Shown: positions 11,601 through 24,430 of the stretch, one piece after another
How the letters are laid out: each line of letters opens with the position of its first letter
How positions within the stretch are numbered: position 1 is the first letter of the stretch
Assembly (NCBI GenBank): GCA_012026655.1
Contig: JAAILG010000022.1
Coordinates: forward strand, 124,001 to 188,000
Source of the DNA: Hydrolagus affinis
Taxonomy: Eukaryota
Length of the DNA: 64,000 bases
Direction of reading: 5' to 3'
Program-made: the position numbers and the translations under genes
The notes under the pieces: model-generated
Databases searched by the model: none
The model's input: only the letters and a program-made list of their open reading frames with translations
What the model was told of the DNA's origin: nothing

Positions 11601-13916
11601 GTAGAATTACGCCATCCCTTTCTTTTCTAAAATAATTGTTTAATTGAATTATTTAATTTTGAGAAAAGCAAGCACAAACTGAATAAGTAGTCATTTTAAT
11701 TATTTGGCAAGACAAGAGACATTCTATAGCTTTTTCTATTCAGTCACTTTTCACTGAAATGAAGAAGAAAATAGGTGTGCTGTAGTGAAAAGTGACTTTT
11801 TTTCAGATTCATCTCTTGCTTTCGTCAGAAATCTCATTTTAGATCCGAAAATATGAGAAACAATGGGAAAAAAACATTCAGGTAATCTTTCACAAAGACT
11901 TTATAATGTTATAAGGCGGGTTAGGATTTTATTGATTCTTCCAACTATCGTGTTATAATGCGACTCTACTGTCATAAGAATAAGTAATTGACCAATCACA
12001 TTCTCACAAAGCGGCAGATAGAAGCTCAGTGGAGATGCTGAATAGCCTCCCTACAGTTGTACAGCTGAGATCAGGGGTTCTGTGAAATAGATCAAAGCTG
12101 TACCTCACTACTTGTTGGCATGGGTGCTGTGGTAATTCAACCTGCCGTTATATCTCAACTGCTTCACCATTAATTATAGTTATTGGTGCAGAACCAGTTG
12201 GCTGGAGCCAACTCTTGGCATGTATTACATAATCAAGTGTTTTCTACTCACTATAGTTAAATTGAATTGAAGCAATTGATGATGAAAGTGGAAACAGGAA
12301 TGTAAGAATCTCGGGGCATCAGATTATAAAATTGAGTTACCAACATGCCAACAGTATGCAATGCATCAATACAGCAATATAAATGTTTTACTGGCAATTA
12401 CTTGAAGCTAGTGGCTAGGGTTAATGACACAAATTGGAATATTCTTTATAATAAATATTGTACTATAAATTATAAATCTTTCTCCTATTCGCAGCCATGC
12501 ATAAGAAGGTCGTGGAATACTCCACTTGTTCCCTGGTCTTCTTCCTTATTGTTACTGGGACATTAAAAAATATTGATTTGCTTTCCCCCTGGCTGTGGAA
12601 CTTTGTATTCCATGACCCTGATTCTCACATTCCTATCTGACATTTTAGTGTATACAAGCCTTCTAGGAAGACTGATCTACAATTCTAATAGTATGCATGA
12701 TTTGGCAAACATTTTTTTCTATGCAAATACCGTTTCTTTTTGTCATTTCATTGCAATTTTAATTAAGAGTCGGTAGTGACAAGGTGACACAAAAAACAGC
12801 AGAGAAAGAATCCTGATTCGATTGGAGAGGCAAAGCATTAAACCCAGTCGGCATGCTGCCAGTCACCAAGGCCTTTAGGGATGTCTGGTCTCTGTTATCT
12901 TTGGCAAACACAAGGAGATTGTCACAGCACCCTTTGCTGTATAAAGTCAATTTTAACTATTTGCCTGTAAACGCCTTTAAGAGACTGGGGGGATTTATAA
13001 TTTTGATTGGAAAAATGCAATCTCTTATACTATAAATCACAATGTGAAAGTAAGATTTATGCAATATTATTTGTTTGATGTAATTTACACTAGATTGCAC
13101 TGTTGCCAGTTTCATCAATAGGGTACCCTACCCCTGGGCCCCACCACCCCACCCCGGTCTCCAAAGACCGCGTACCCCACTTTGCTCGTCATTTTGATCA
13201 CCTTCTTCCCTTTTTCCTCTCCCCTTCCCCCTGCTCAGCATCCACCCCCTACCATAGTGAAGCATTCAGACATTATCTTATATATAACTGCAAGTTCTTG
13301 TTTTTGTTGAGTTCCACTGGCAATATAGTCGGGCAATGTTAGTTCTATAATGAATATCAGACAAAAACAGATCAGTAAACCCACATGTAAAGTTACTGAC
13401 ATTCAAGAATTTCTCTAAAGGATTTTTTGGCCAATTCTCAAAGAAGGTTACACTGACAAGACAGTTCAACATTCATCTGACCATCACTCAGAGCTTTCTT
13501 TGATGGATGTGTCAAGCTTGTCTGCTTCTAGCGCTCAAAGATTCCCTAACTGACATTAAATGCTTCAGCCAACTGCAGGCTTCAATAAACAGGCATTACA
13601 GCCTTCAACCACACACCATCAGATTTTCATTGTGTGCATGAAACTAGCAAAGGCGAACGCAGAAGTCCTTCAACTGTATGTCTAATTACTTGACTGTGAT
13701 ATTGTCAGACTGCAAAAAAGATACACATGCATAAATATAAACTGGAATACAAAGACAGACTTCTAATGATTCCTTTCATATCTCAATTACATCAGTTTAT
13801 ATTCACTCAACTTTCCAGCCAATCAGTGTAATAATGGAAGTTAGTACAGGTTCTATTGCAAATTGTGCTATGTTCATTTGCTGGACAATCTAAATAGAGA
13901 GAAGGAGCTCACTTAC

Positions 13917-13965
13917 CTGTTGTGAATCGGCCCCTTGAATGTTGCGTCAAACTTACGTGGCTCAC
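13917..13965 (-). CDS. SLC44A5: SLC44/CTL coding exon 2 (49 nt, phase 1 to 2)
   Basis: tatgttctactttctcatag|GT GAG CCA CGT AAG TTT GAC GCA ACA TTC AAG GGG CCG ATT CAC AAC AG|gtaagt = (G)EPRKFDATFKGPIHN(R). Matches the CTL2/4/5 N-terminal motif G-P-K(Y/F)DP-F(K/R)GP(I/V)-NR and joins in frame to the 74-nt exon. Confidence 0.93.
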
Positions 13966-14815
13966 CTATGAGAAAGTAGAACATATATTTATTAATATGC
14001 ATCAAAAGCGAATGTCACACAGCGTGGGCGTGAACGTGAGCAGACGCACAATTTGATATAAAGTGGAAAGGTGAGGTACTATGGAGAATTCTACAAGAGG
14101 CTAACTCAGTGAGTTATAATCAATCATTCTCAATAGTAGGGATAAATAGATTCACACATTGAAAGGTTGGTATTAACCCATAACAGACCTTGAGGGTTGA
14201 AATCTTTCACAAATATCCTTCTCTAAATTTTAGCTGTAACATCCAGATATGAAATCGAAATGTAAATGTCCTGTTGACCCTTTACTATTGAAACGTTTTT
14301 GTGATGGAACACGAGTGCTGCAACAGCCAAATCTTCCTTGGAAGGCAATGAGCTTTGAAGTGCAGAGATAGGTAGCATCTCAGAGAGCTTGTGAAAATAA
14401 ATCTATAATGAAAAATTAGACACTGGAAACATTTCAATCCTAATCTTCCAAGATGGAAATATCTGTATCTCATTTAAAACTCTATTTCTCCTTCCCTGCT
14501 TTCAATGGACCGATTAACAGACAATATGATAGCCTGGAAAATCAATGTTAAGTTCTCCAACAGTTCATGGAAGAAGTTACAAAATATGTAAAAGGTGTTG
14601 CTTTTTGTTCTTTTTTTTTAAATTGGGGATTTTTGTTTTCTCGCGCTTTTAAAATTATTTTCTCCCCACTGTGCACCAGATCCCGGATTGCTGATCTGAT
14701 ATGCCCTGTGAGATTCCCTTCCATTACTTTGGAGATCTGTGTAACATGTGCTTTGCTCCATTCCTGAAGGCTTGACTGTGATTGTAACCTAGGCTGAAGG
14801 ATACGCTTTTCCAGG

Positions 14816-15025
14816 GATAATAATTCTTATAATGATAATAATCATAAATTGGTCACTCAATTCACGACTGTTTGTGGAGCACTGCTGAGTACAATTGGCT
14901 GGCGCATATCTCCCACAAAATACACAGCCAATTCACTTTACAGTATATTCTGTGAAGCGCTTTGAGACATCTCAAAGATGCGATGAGGCGATATATCAAA
15001 TACTAGGATTGCTATTATTAATAAT
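14816..15025 (+). mobile_element. SINE family A copy, 5'-truncated
   Basis: ggtcactcaattcacgactgtttgtgg...cagtatattctgtgaagcgctttgagac...tatatcaaat..gattgctattatt. Confidence 0.88.
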
Positions 15026-16060
15026 AGCTAAGAAGTGCCTCTTCCACTGACTGACACATCTCACTGGCATCAGCTGCCTCACTACTGAATTTTCTTCGGA
15101 GACCCTATTAGTTGTCAGAATTTCACAAGCATGTTCTTACATAGGGGAATTGCTTCATGAATAGTTGCACAATTGATAGCAAAACAAGTCGGCTATCACG
15201 TATAGGAAAGGCTGAGATCTGTTTGGCTGATCTTGTATTCTTTATAATGTTGGTATAAGATACATGCTTCACACCAGTAGAATTACGATGAAATAAAAAT
15301 ATACAGCATTGTGAAAGAGAGGCTTTTTTTTATAAGAAGAATATAATGACACTGGTGCAGTGACCCATGCAAATGCACAGTTTATGTGATGAGATTGCTC
15401 AGTTTCAGGTATGTTACTGACACTGTAGGGGGTAAATTGGCTCTCTGCTCGTTTCGACTTGCAGAAAATCTACCTCCTGACACAAGAGTTGGAGAGGTGT
15501 CTCTAGCCTTCTCAAAAAGCCTCCCGACCAGAACTGAGTTTGGTTGGAAAAAGGGAGGGGCAGGGGAATTGAACACTGGACACAATTGATCGTAACCTTT
15601 GAAATGAAAGTCAAGTTTTCTGAATATTTTCAACTATTCAATCACAAACGATCGATTACTAATTGAGTGTCTGTACATTTCCAATGCTGAATGTTGAACA
15701 GTTTTACTGTAAAACTGTAAGAATTTACATTTCTTAAATGTAAGAACCATAGAACATTTTGCCAATGTAGTTAAGATTAGAGGAAAGGCATCCAGTAGGA
15801 CACGCATAACAGGAAAGCTTTGGAGATATAGTCATTCTGTTTGTACACTTAGCTTCCCATATAACTCTAATCACTTAGCACACAAACAAACACATACAGG
15901 ATTCATTGAACACAGCTAGAGGGAGAATTTTTTTATTTTGGTACAAAAATGTTTCAGTAATCCTAAAAGCTTTTTTTTGTGTATATATAAGTGATGAAAA
16001 TGAAAGTAGAATGATACAACGGTTGAAATCCCTTCAAAAAATAAAATACATTTAAAATAT

Positions 16061-16180
16061 CACTGCTGTGCGCAATTGGCTGCTGAGTGTTGCTCACAAA
16101 ACATATACAGTTTTCTGTTAAGCACTTGAGATGACTAGAAGACATGATAAAGCACTATATTAAATGCAAAGATTATTATC
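16061..16180 (+). mobile_element. SINE family A 3' fragment
   Basis: cactgctgtgcgcaattggctgc...aaatgcaaagattattat. Confidence 0.8.
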
Positions 16181-16239
16181 ACAGACAGAGGTGTTTCTAG
16201 CATTAGTTCCCTATTTGAGCAGTCCCTCAGGACCCATTC

Positions 16240-16365
16240 CCCAGTGCTTTTCACATGCCCTTCAATATTATATTTTCTCAAGGAATCACCTGATTCCTTT
16301 TTTTAGACACTGTTAAGGATCCTACTTCAAGAATAATTTGTGGTAAGACAATTCCAATCGGTGTT
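16240..16365 (-). mobile_element. CR1-like LINE 3' fragment (degraded)
   Basis: ttttctcaaggaatcacctgattccttttttagacactgttaaggatcctacttc...tggtaagacaattcca resembles the reverse of a CR1 ORF2 end (recalled). Confidence 0.4.
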
Positions 16366-17790
16366 CTAAGAACTGTGGAGATGAGATCATTGCCATGATT
16401 TGGTCTCACTCTGAATTTCTAACTCTCAGGAGGAAGTACTTAACAAAACAAGCAGATGAAATTATGATGATACAGTAGTTGGTAATCTGAAATTGTACTG
16501 GAATTTGTAATGAGAGTTGCAATGAGAATTGTTCTTCCCCAATTTCTAGATCCTATGTTCAGAGCAGAACCAGATGAGGAAGTGGTCGCCTTATAGAATG
16601 GATAATGGGGGAGAGGAGAATCACACAATATTGTGTTTTGATGTAGAATACCTGAGCATGATGTCTTAAAATTCTACATCAATCAATAACCTCACCAATC
16701 TATATTCAATTCAGCGCTGTACCATTCCTCCCTTTGTGGTGCATAGTTACTGTTGATTTGATATGGTTTGGGTTAAAAGCAATAGGAATCTATCTTTAAT
16801 TACGTGAATTTCATTCGGAACCCTCCAGATTGCAGTTGCAATCAAGCTTTACTGCAACCAATTCCAAATTAACTTTTGAGAGGTTCACTCTTTAAACTTT
16901 TCAATATCGGTACACAGGAGCACTCCTGGTTATTTAATAATCTTAAAAATAATTCATCCTCATTCGGTCACTGACCAACTCGCTGTACTAGGGAAAGCAT
17001 TTTTAAATTATTCCAGCAGTTTAAAAGGAACATCAAACCTTCAACCTGTGTGAGAATTATATGCGAGCAACTAGTTTAAAATTCTGAACACTTGTAAATC
17101 GCTGTTGTAGTTTATAACATGTAATGAGAAGACCAGGTCTGTTCTGCATTAAGAGAGCACATAACACATTTTAAATCATAATTTAATCTAAATCTTTCCT
17201 TGGATATTAAAATTTGATTTCAAAATCTGAGCTATTACGAAGTAAAATAGATTTATGCTGCATTTTCTGTGAAGCTTCTAATTAAGTGGTAAGTTCCCGT
17301 CATTTGTGTGTATGAAGCAATGCTATCTGGTCTTGCAGATAAAGACTGAGGCACCATCACAGTGTATATCACCAAGGGTGCAGCATAATTTCAAGTTCAG
17401 TTACCTCAAAGTGATTATCTCAATTATCCTAGCCATCATGGAGGTGCATTTATAATCTGTGCCTTTCCGTTTTCAATGTGAAGCACAAGTAAAAAGGGGA
17501 GAAATGCAAAATAAGTTCTTCCCCTGCCCACACACTGATGCCTTCTATCATTAAATTATTTCCACCTCAGTTACATTGCGACAACCAGTGCTGCTTTACT
17601 TTGATAATGTTCCAGGCGAATATAAGATTTTAAATCCTATCGAGCAATGAAACTTCTTGAAATAAGGGGACTTTCAGGTCAGGTACTGGAAATATTTATT
17701 TTCCCAGAAGGCTCAGGTCACGACGTTATCTTGCGTTAATGGTGCAATATAAATATAAAAGTTGTTCTAATTGATGATTGGAAGAGTCGA

Positions 17791-17868
17791 TGATAATGAC
17801 AGTAATCTTTGCATGTTATGTTATACAACGCCTCATCATGTCTTCGAGACATCTTAAAAGTGCTTCAC
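17791..17868 (-). mobile_element. SINE family A tail fragment
   Basis: taatctttgcat...catgtcttcgagacatcttaaaagtgcttcaca. Confidence 0.7.
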
Positions 17869-19450
17869 ACACCAGAACCCTTGACTATTTATTAATGAAA
17901 CACAACTTGATGCTGTGATGGATGTGTTTTCTGGCAGAATATGAACCAATGGCCTTTTTCACCCAAATATCTCTTGTGAAATGTTGCAATGTGTAAAATC
18001 AGAAAGTAGGTATCAATGGGCTACTTAAATTTCAGGAAATTCAAAGCAGATACTGATTTAGCTGAGGAGTTCTGATGATTATTGTACTATCCATAGAGCT
18101 GCCTTGGAGTGGTTGGAAGGCTCTGAATGGATTATGAAATTGCTATAAATGGTTTTTAGCACATGAATGTCCAGCACATAATGCTGTCATAACCACATGG
18201 CAAAGCAAATCCTGATGGTATGGGTTGTACAGTGACAAATGGGTAATTTTTCAATATGAGACACCTACAATACATCTCCGATGAAGTAGAACTTAACTTA
18301 AATAGAGTACTACCATTCTGCACTGACTAGTCATAAGTCTTAAATGTTCAGGTTCTGAGTCTTTAAGAATGGTACCACAGGAGAATAATGGACACTGGAG
18401 AAATTGCTGATGTGTAATTGAGTTTTGTTGGGGGTGACAGCAGGAAAGGAAGCAAAATTGCACCTCGCTGATGACTGTAAATGTTGCATTTGTGACTGTA
18501 AAATTAAACCCAATACAGTATCATCTAATGAATCTCTTTTATGAAACAAGGAAGAATTCCACAAAGGTAGATGCAAATGAAGGAAGATAAGTCTGGATAA
18601 TGGGAACGTGTTCAAATGACTGTTACACTTGTTTTATTAATTCCAATACGCATAGTGCTTAAACATTCAGTTCAGGTTGGTAAGAACTAGAAAATGTCCA
18701 CAGGCTACAGTCAGCTCCCCCAATCCCTTTTCTCAGCAGAACACAAAGTACATGTCACCAAGAGAAATCTCAAAAGCATAAGTTTGCTGGGTGAGCAACA
18801 AAAATATTTGACTTGTTAACATCATCTTCGATTGAATCTTACCCCTAGCAGTAACTAATCATGAGTGCACATTGCTTGCATCAATCTGTGTTTAGCAATT
18901 ATTACAATCAAACTTTTACTCAGACAAGCTTTTTTAAAAAAAACTCAGGACACATACACACTAATTCAGAATCACTGAAAACAGTTTGTCAACTTTGTAA
19001 AGAATCTTTTGCGAACTGAATTACTCTGAGAAATTCACAGTAATTACTCTAGTATTATTATTGATAGAAATGTTATGCATGAAGATAAGTGACTGTAATT
19101 TTTGTTATTTTACATGGGTTTCAAACCGGCTTTACTTTTCCTTTAGGTTTCACATCTGTGCTCTCAAAGGCCACCTCCACTAGTAACATGCAGAGAATGG
19201 GGAAGGGGAGGAGGTCACGGATTCTGTACACAAGAGATTAATGTTGGCGAGGGTTTGGAGTTAATTTATTTTGCTGAAATCTATTTGCTAACAATAAGTA
19301 CATAGAAAACTTGACCTGAATGCCAGCCACCTTTCTGTGAAACACACAGAAATTAAGATGAGCTTGTAAACTTATTCTGTATAGATTCACAGTTGCAAAA
19401 CTTACATCCATGTGTAGTATACCCAAGTGACTGTTTTATTTGGTGACAAT

Positions 19451-19509
19451 CAACAACAATATTACAATTATAGAGTGTCTTTCACGTCGGGAGGACGTCC
19501 GAAGGCGCT
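19451..19509 (-). mobile_element. L2-type 3' tail (family B)
   Basis: caacaacaatattacaattatagagtgtctttcacgtcgggaggacgtccgaaggcgct. Confidence 0.8.
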
Positions 19510-20096
19510 ACACTTCCCAAGGACGTGCTAAGTCACTTCACTGCACAGGAAAACTGAAAGCTCCTTCCACATAACGTGCTACGTTAAATGCAAGTATTAG
19601 TATTTCAAATGATCCTTAATGAAGCTTTTTAACCAAGAAAACACCCTTGTATAGTTCCAAAGCAGATTCACGCCACAAGATTTGCTTGAAGTCTTTCCTG
19701 GAATCGATAACCATTCACTCTTGCACAGAATCTACCTACATCACTGTTACGTCACAAGGTTTGATGTGACACATTGCAAATGTAATCTAAGAGTGATTGT
19801 GAAAGTTAGTCTATACTGTTGATTATTAAGATCCGATTAGACTATCCTTAAAACTTCTAATTTGGGTGAATTAACTCTAGATATAGATTAGCGTTAGTCC
19901 AGATTACAAGACGGAAAGTATTTTTGTTGGTGTGGGGTTGTGTAGCCAAATTAAATTGAGATTAAAGCATTTGTTGCGTGAAAATACAGAGGCATCAGCC
20001 ATGGTGTACAGTATCTGTAATTAGCCCACTTGGTCAAAAAGTGAAATAATGAACAGAGAATTCATATGATTTTAAAAAGCCACTTATTTCCATTTA

Positions 20097-20255
20097 CAAT
20101 TAAATTAAAAGTTGAAAATTGTAGTGTTTCATATAACAATACTTATGATGATTAAAGAATGTGTTATAAATTGTTGGAAATTTCACAACACATTCCTTAA
20201 TCATAACAAGTATTGCTATATGAAACACTACACATGTCACCCCTTAATTCAATTG
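20097..20255. repeat. Long imperfect palindrome (arms ~76 bp, 6-nt loop)
   Basis: 20120-20172 tgtagtgtttcatataacaatacttatgatgattaaagaatgtgttataaatt is the reverse complement of 20179-20232 with 5 substitutions and 1 indel; looser pairing extends outward. Confidence 0.92.
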
Positions 20256-21914
20256 GTTGGAAATGTTAACCCCAAATGAGTTACCTGGAAGCCTCAATAA
20301 ATTGTGGTTTGCAATATGGGTTCAAATGTATTAAAAATTGGGTCTTTTTAGGATTAGAAATTTAGAGTTTCAGAAATGTTCATAAAATGTTACAACATCA
20401 CAATTATTGTTAGATACGATTGTTTGCACTATTAATAATTTGAAGATTTAATAAATGAGATCTTTGGTCTTAAACAAATATGCAATTTTTTTCCATAGGA
20501 TTTTCAAAGGCTGTATTTATTGTTGAGGGACAGAGTGAAGGGTGGACTGCAGGTTAGACGGATTTACTGACTCTTTCATAGCAACTCTGGCAGCAGCAGT
20601 CACAAGGGGACCTGCTGCTCTGCACTGATTTGCTTGTCAACTGGAAGTTAATAAGTGCTGCAGCACAAAACTGACCTCTGCACTTGTAAGATTAATTCTG
20701 GCGAGTGCTATTTGCATGTTATTTAAAAAAAAACACTTGCAACAATGCAAAACGCAAGCTCAATCTGACCTCTTCGATTTCAAAATTGACCCATTTCTTC
20801 AGGAACATAGCTGAAAATAAATAACCTGTCAGACAACTTTGTATGTAAGGGGAGAGTGCTGAATAATAATAGGAGGAAGTATTCTATATCCAATTCCCAT
20901 TAAAATTCTGATGTTATGAATGCCATATTTCCTTCACTGAAAAAATATGTTTTGAATGTTAGAGTTTCTAACATTCTTTGTACAGATCCATGAAATTGCA
21001 TCAATGTACAATTTGACACCAGCATTTCTTCAAATTGTGCTTCATATTCGCTAAACAAAACAGGTATGTTCCAACATTGGCTAAGAATTAGTGTTGGAGA
21101 GGAAAAATCATCTGAATTGTGCCAAAATATGTAAGGAAATTGACTTGTGCATGTAAACATATATTGACCTGTAAAAAAGAAATGTATGCTTCCACTAGTA
21201 GTAATTATTTATTGTGAATTGGATTTCTTTCTGGTCCTTGACTCTGCTGGTTTAAAGAAGTACTGGAACATTTCAGCCTTGAGTTGTTTTCAGCAGTCTG
21301 ATGGCTTGCAATAAAAGTCCCATTGATCCATATTTCCTTGATCTACATCAACTGTAAAATTCAAAATGGCAGGTTTGGCTTCATTTGACTGGTGTGCTTC
21401 TCAGAGGTCTGAGATAAAACCTTGAGTGACAGCTGAAGATTTCAATCTCTTTCCTGATCCCTTATGCTCATCAGTAGAAACCAGGATGTTTAATTCAACT
21501 GTATAGACTGGATTTAGCAGTCACTTTTCTCTTTGTAGTTGATCCATAATATGGAGTTATAAAAGTATTAATACTGTCACTTAACAATGGGCCAATTCGT
21601 TAGTGGTGAGAAGCTTTGACTTCTAATGTGAAGACCTCAAAAAGTTTAAATTTGTTCAACAGACGAGCTTCTAATAAAGTCAAATACAGCTGGTTTACAA
21701 AGTGTTGTGCTAAACAATATTATCTGATGTGATATCACATCTGTTGATAATTGACACAAATCCACCCCCATCCCTATCTCTTCTACAATCCAATGTTCAG
21801 AATAGCAGTTTGCATTGATAACTGCTCATATGACTAAAATGGGGAGAGAAAATGAATAAATATAAAGTGCGAGTAAGGAAATTGTGTGGGGATGGTTTTC
21901 ATTTCAAGTATATT

Positions 21915-22108
21915 CCTGTCTTTCATGTTGTGAAGACATCCCATGGTGCTGGGGGATCTTTAAGGTCCACCTGCTCCTGAACATGCTCTCTTTAATGTTT
22001 CATCTGAAGGACTGCACCTCCTACAATGCACCATAGCATTGCATTCAAGTGTCCGCCTACTCCGAAAACTCTATTCAGAGGCGAGAATGGTACCAACTGA
22101 GCCACCTG
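21915..22108 (-). mobile_element. Older DeuSINE (SacSINE1-like) fragment
   Basis: gggatctttaaggtccacctg...tttaatgtttcatctgaaggactgcacctcc...cagaggcgagaatggtaccaactgagcca is the reverse of a tRNA head plus Deu core, as in the 23650 copy. Confidence 0.65.
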
Positions 22109-23649
22109 TACCCTATATAAAAAAACAACCAAAGAAAACTGATTGCCATTTGTCTCTTTCTGACTATTAATTTAAGAGTACATAGCATACAACTACGGAT
22201 GTCTTTACAAAATAATTGTCAGCTACAACTGGTGGTTAAACACCAGTGCTGACACCAATAACCTATTTAAAAACTCACATATTGCAGGCAGAGGGTTAAA
22301 TGGTAACTGGAATCTTGGCTGAGAAAACCCAAGGCAAGGAGTCAAAATATGTTAAGAGAATTTCCACATGGCACCAAATAGAGGAATAGGATTCAAACAA
22401 AAATCTAATTGTTCCTAACCCTTGGTGCAATGAGGAACTCTACCAGTATATGTACAGAAGGGCACTATCCACTGCATTGAGAAACTTCCTCAACATGTAC
22501 ACAATAGGACACTCTCCTTTCTCTAGAGCAGGTTTTGCTTTTAGAATACAAATCATTCTCAAAGTTTGCACTGATCAGTATCCGCACTCACAGGGGGCGT
22601 ACAGCAGCAGTGTGGGAAAGGACAGGTTCCGTTGGTGGAGTCGGCACAATTCCACAGATAAGACTTGCTTTTAATGAGGTTTATAGCGAACCTGACCTCG
22701 TGAAACTCCTTTAGGAGAGTAAACTGTCAATAAGGAAAATATAAGATGCAATACATGGCACCGTTTCAACACCTGACAGAAAAAAAAGCCATTTGATTGT
22801 ACTGCTTCACTTTGTGCAGGGTGGAAGAGACTTTATTTGTCTTAGTTTCAGCACAATTTAAACCAAGCCTCCACATCTGACCACATCACAACCCAGTTTT
22901 TCAAAACAATGTATTTAAGTCCAAATCTTTCAGACTGAACATCTTGTTCTCACAACTTACTTATTTCATTAACCATTAATCAGATAATGGCACAGACTAT
23001 GAATGGCACAGGTCTGAATTTGTCAGGTACAAACTGCATGGTCTCCTTTAAAGTGCAGATTCTGTTTGCATTTTGCATTTGAAAAATGAAGTCTGTCGTC
23101 TTGTTGACTAAACTGAAATCTGGATTAGATTGCGTGCAAGATAAACAACCTTTTGTTGGACTTTTCAGGTTTTCCTCAGCTGAACAGACTGACAAATGCT
23201 TTCCTGCATTTTAAACCCCATCAGAATATGCAATGTTTGTGCACATTAGATTGAACTATTTTCATTAAACATTGTAACCACATATGCAAGTCTAGCTCTG
23301 TATGAGCTATTCCAAGCTGCTGGTCAATTTCAATTGCTGCATTAATGAAATGTCACTGTTTAAGCAAAGTTCAGAATAAAACCTGCTAATATGAAATTTG
23401 AAGATACAATTCCCACACATTCAGTTTGAGATTACAAAAACAAAATACAACAACATTACATTTATAGAGCGCCTTTCACGTCAAGATTAATAATGAGACC
23501 TAAATTTAACCTCCTATGATAGGAACAGCACAACTGGCTGTATATCTGTCTTCCGTCTCTCCTAAGCGGCTGATATAACCTCTTACCCTGCAGATTACAG
23601 TATTAATGTAAAATGTATTTTCCATTTGGTATTACATTGCATTAGTCTG

Positions 23650-24040
23650 ATGCAGTGGTAGTATTCTCGCCTCTGAATTAGAAGGCCGTGGGTTCAATCC
23701 CCACGTTGGGATTGGGAAACATGTAACATATGATGAGTCATTGCTGCGAGGAGGCGGGGGTGTTGAACTGTTGGAGATCCAGCTTCGGAAGGGACATTAA
23801 ACCGAGGATCCATCTGTCTTTTTGGAAATGTTATGTTACATCTGATGGAATGTTACAGATCTCATGGCTCTATTTGAAAAAAAAAGAAGGGAGTTTCTGA
23901 CCAACAATCCCCCAAATAAAATTGGTCACTCATTCCATGGCTCTTTGCGCGATATTGATGAACACAATTGGCTGCTGCATTTTACCTGCAAAAAAATGAT
24001 TGTCCCAATACATTATAATGGCTGCAAAGCTTTTAAATGT
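23650..24040 (+). mobile_element. Older full-architecture DeuSINE (SacSINE1/AmnSINE1-type Deu domain, tRNA head)
   Basis: Head gtggtagtattctcgcctctgaattagaaggccgtgggttcaatccc; Deu core gacattaaaccgagg...gatctcatggctctatttgaa...agggagtt..ctgaccaac; 3' part aattggctgctgcattt...tggctgcaaagctttt. Confidence 0.75.
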
Positions 24041-24105
24041 GAGTGATTGTTAAATTGGTTACTCTTTGGTGGATTTAAAATAAAAGAATGCATTTCTGTA
24101 ATTGT

Positions 24106-24430
24106 GGAGTCCTGTAACTCAATGGTTAGAGCACTCGTCTTACAAGTGAGAGACCCAATTTATCTCAATTCCAGGCAGGGTAAAACCTTGGGCAAGTTTC
24201 CTTACTGACATCCCTGATAATAATCCCTCAAAAAAAATAATAACTTGGTCATTTCATTCCATGACTGTTTGTGGGACGGACACTGCTGTGTGCTGTGTGC
24301 AATTGCCTGCCGCGTTTTGCCCACATATATACAGTCAATTCACTTTAGAGTGTATTCTGTGAAGCACTTTGAGACGTTTATGTGAAAAGCGCTATATCAA
24401 ATGCAAGGATTATTATTATTTATTATTATT
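24106..24430 (+). mobile_element. Full-length SINE family A
   Basis: ggagtcctgtaactcaatggttagagcactcg...aaaccttgggcaagtttcctt...gaaaagcgctatatcaaatgcaaggattattattatt. Confidence 0.92.

Noticed and set aside
5684-15025. Inverted SINE pair flanking exon 2 as a circRNA driver
   Set aside because: The 49-nt exon is very small for a single-exon circle, the copies are diverged and far apart, and such pairs are expected at this SINE density.
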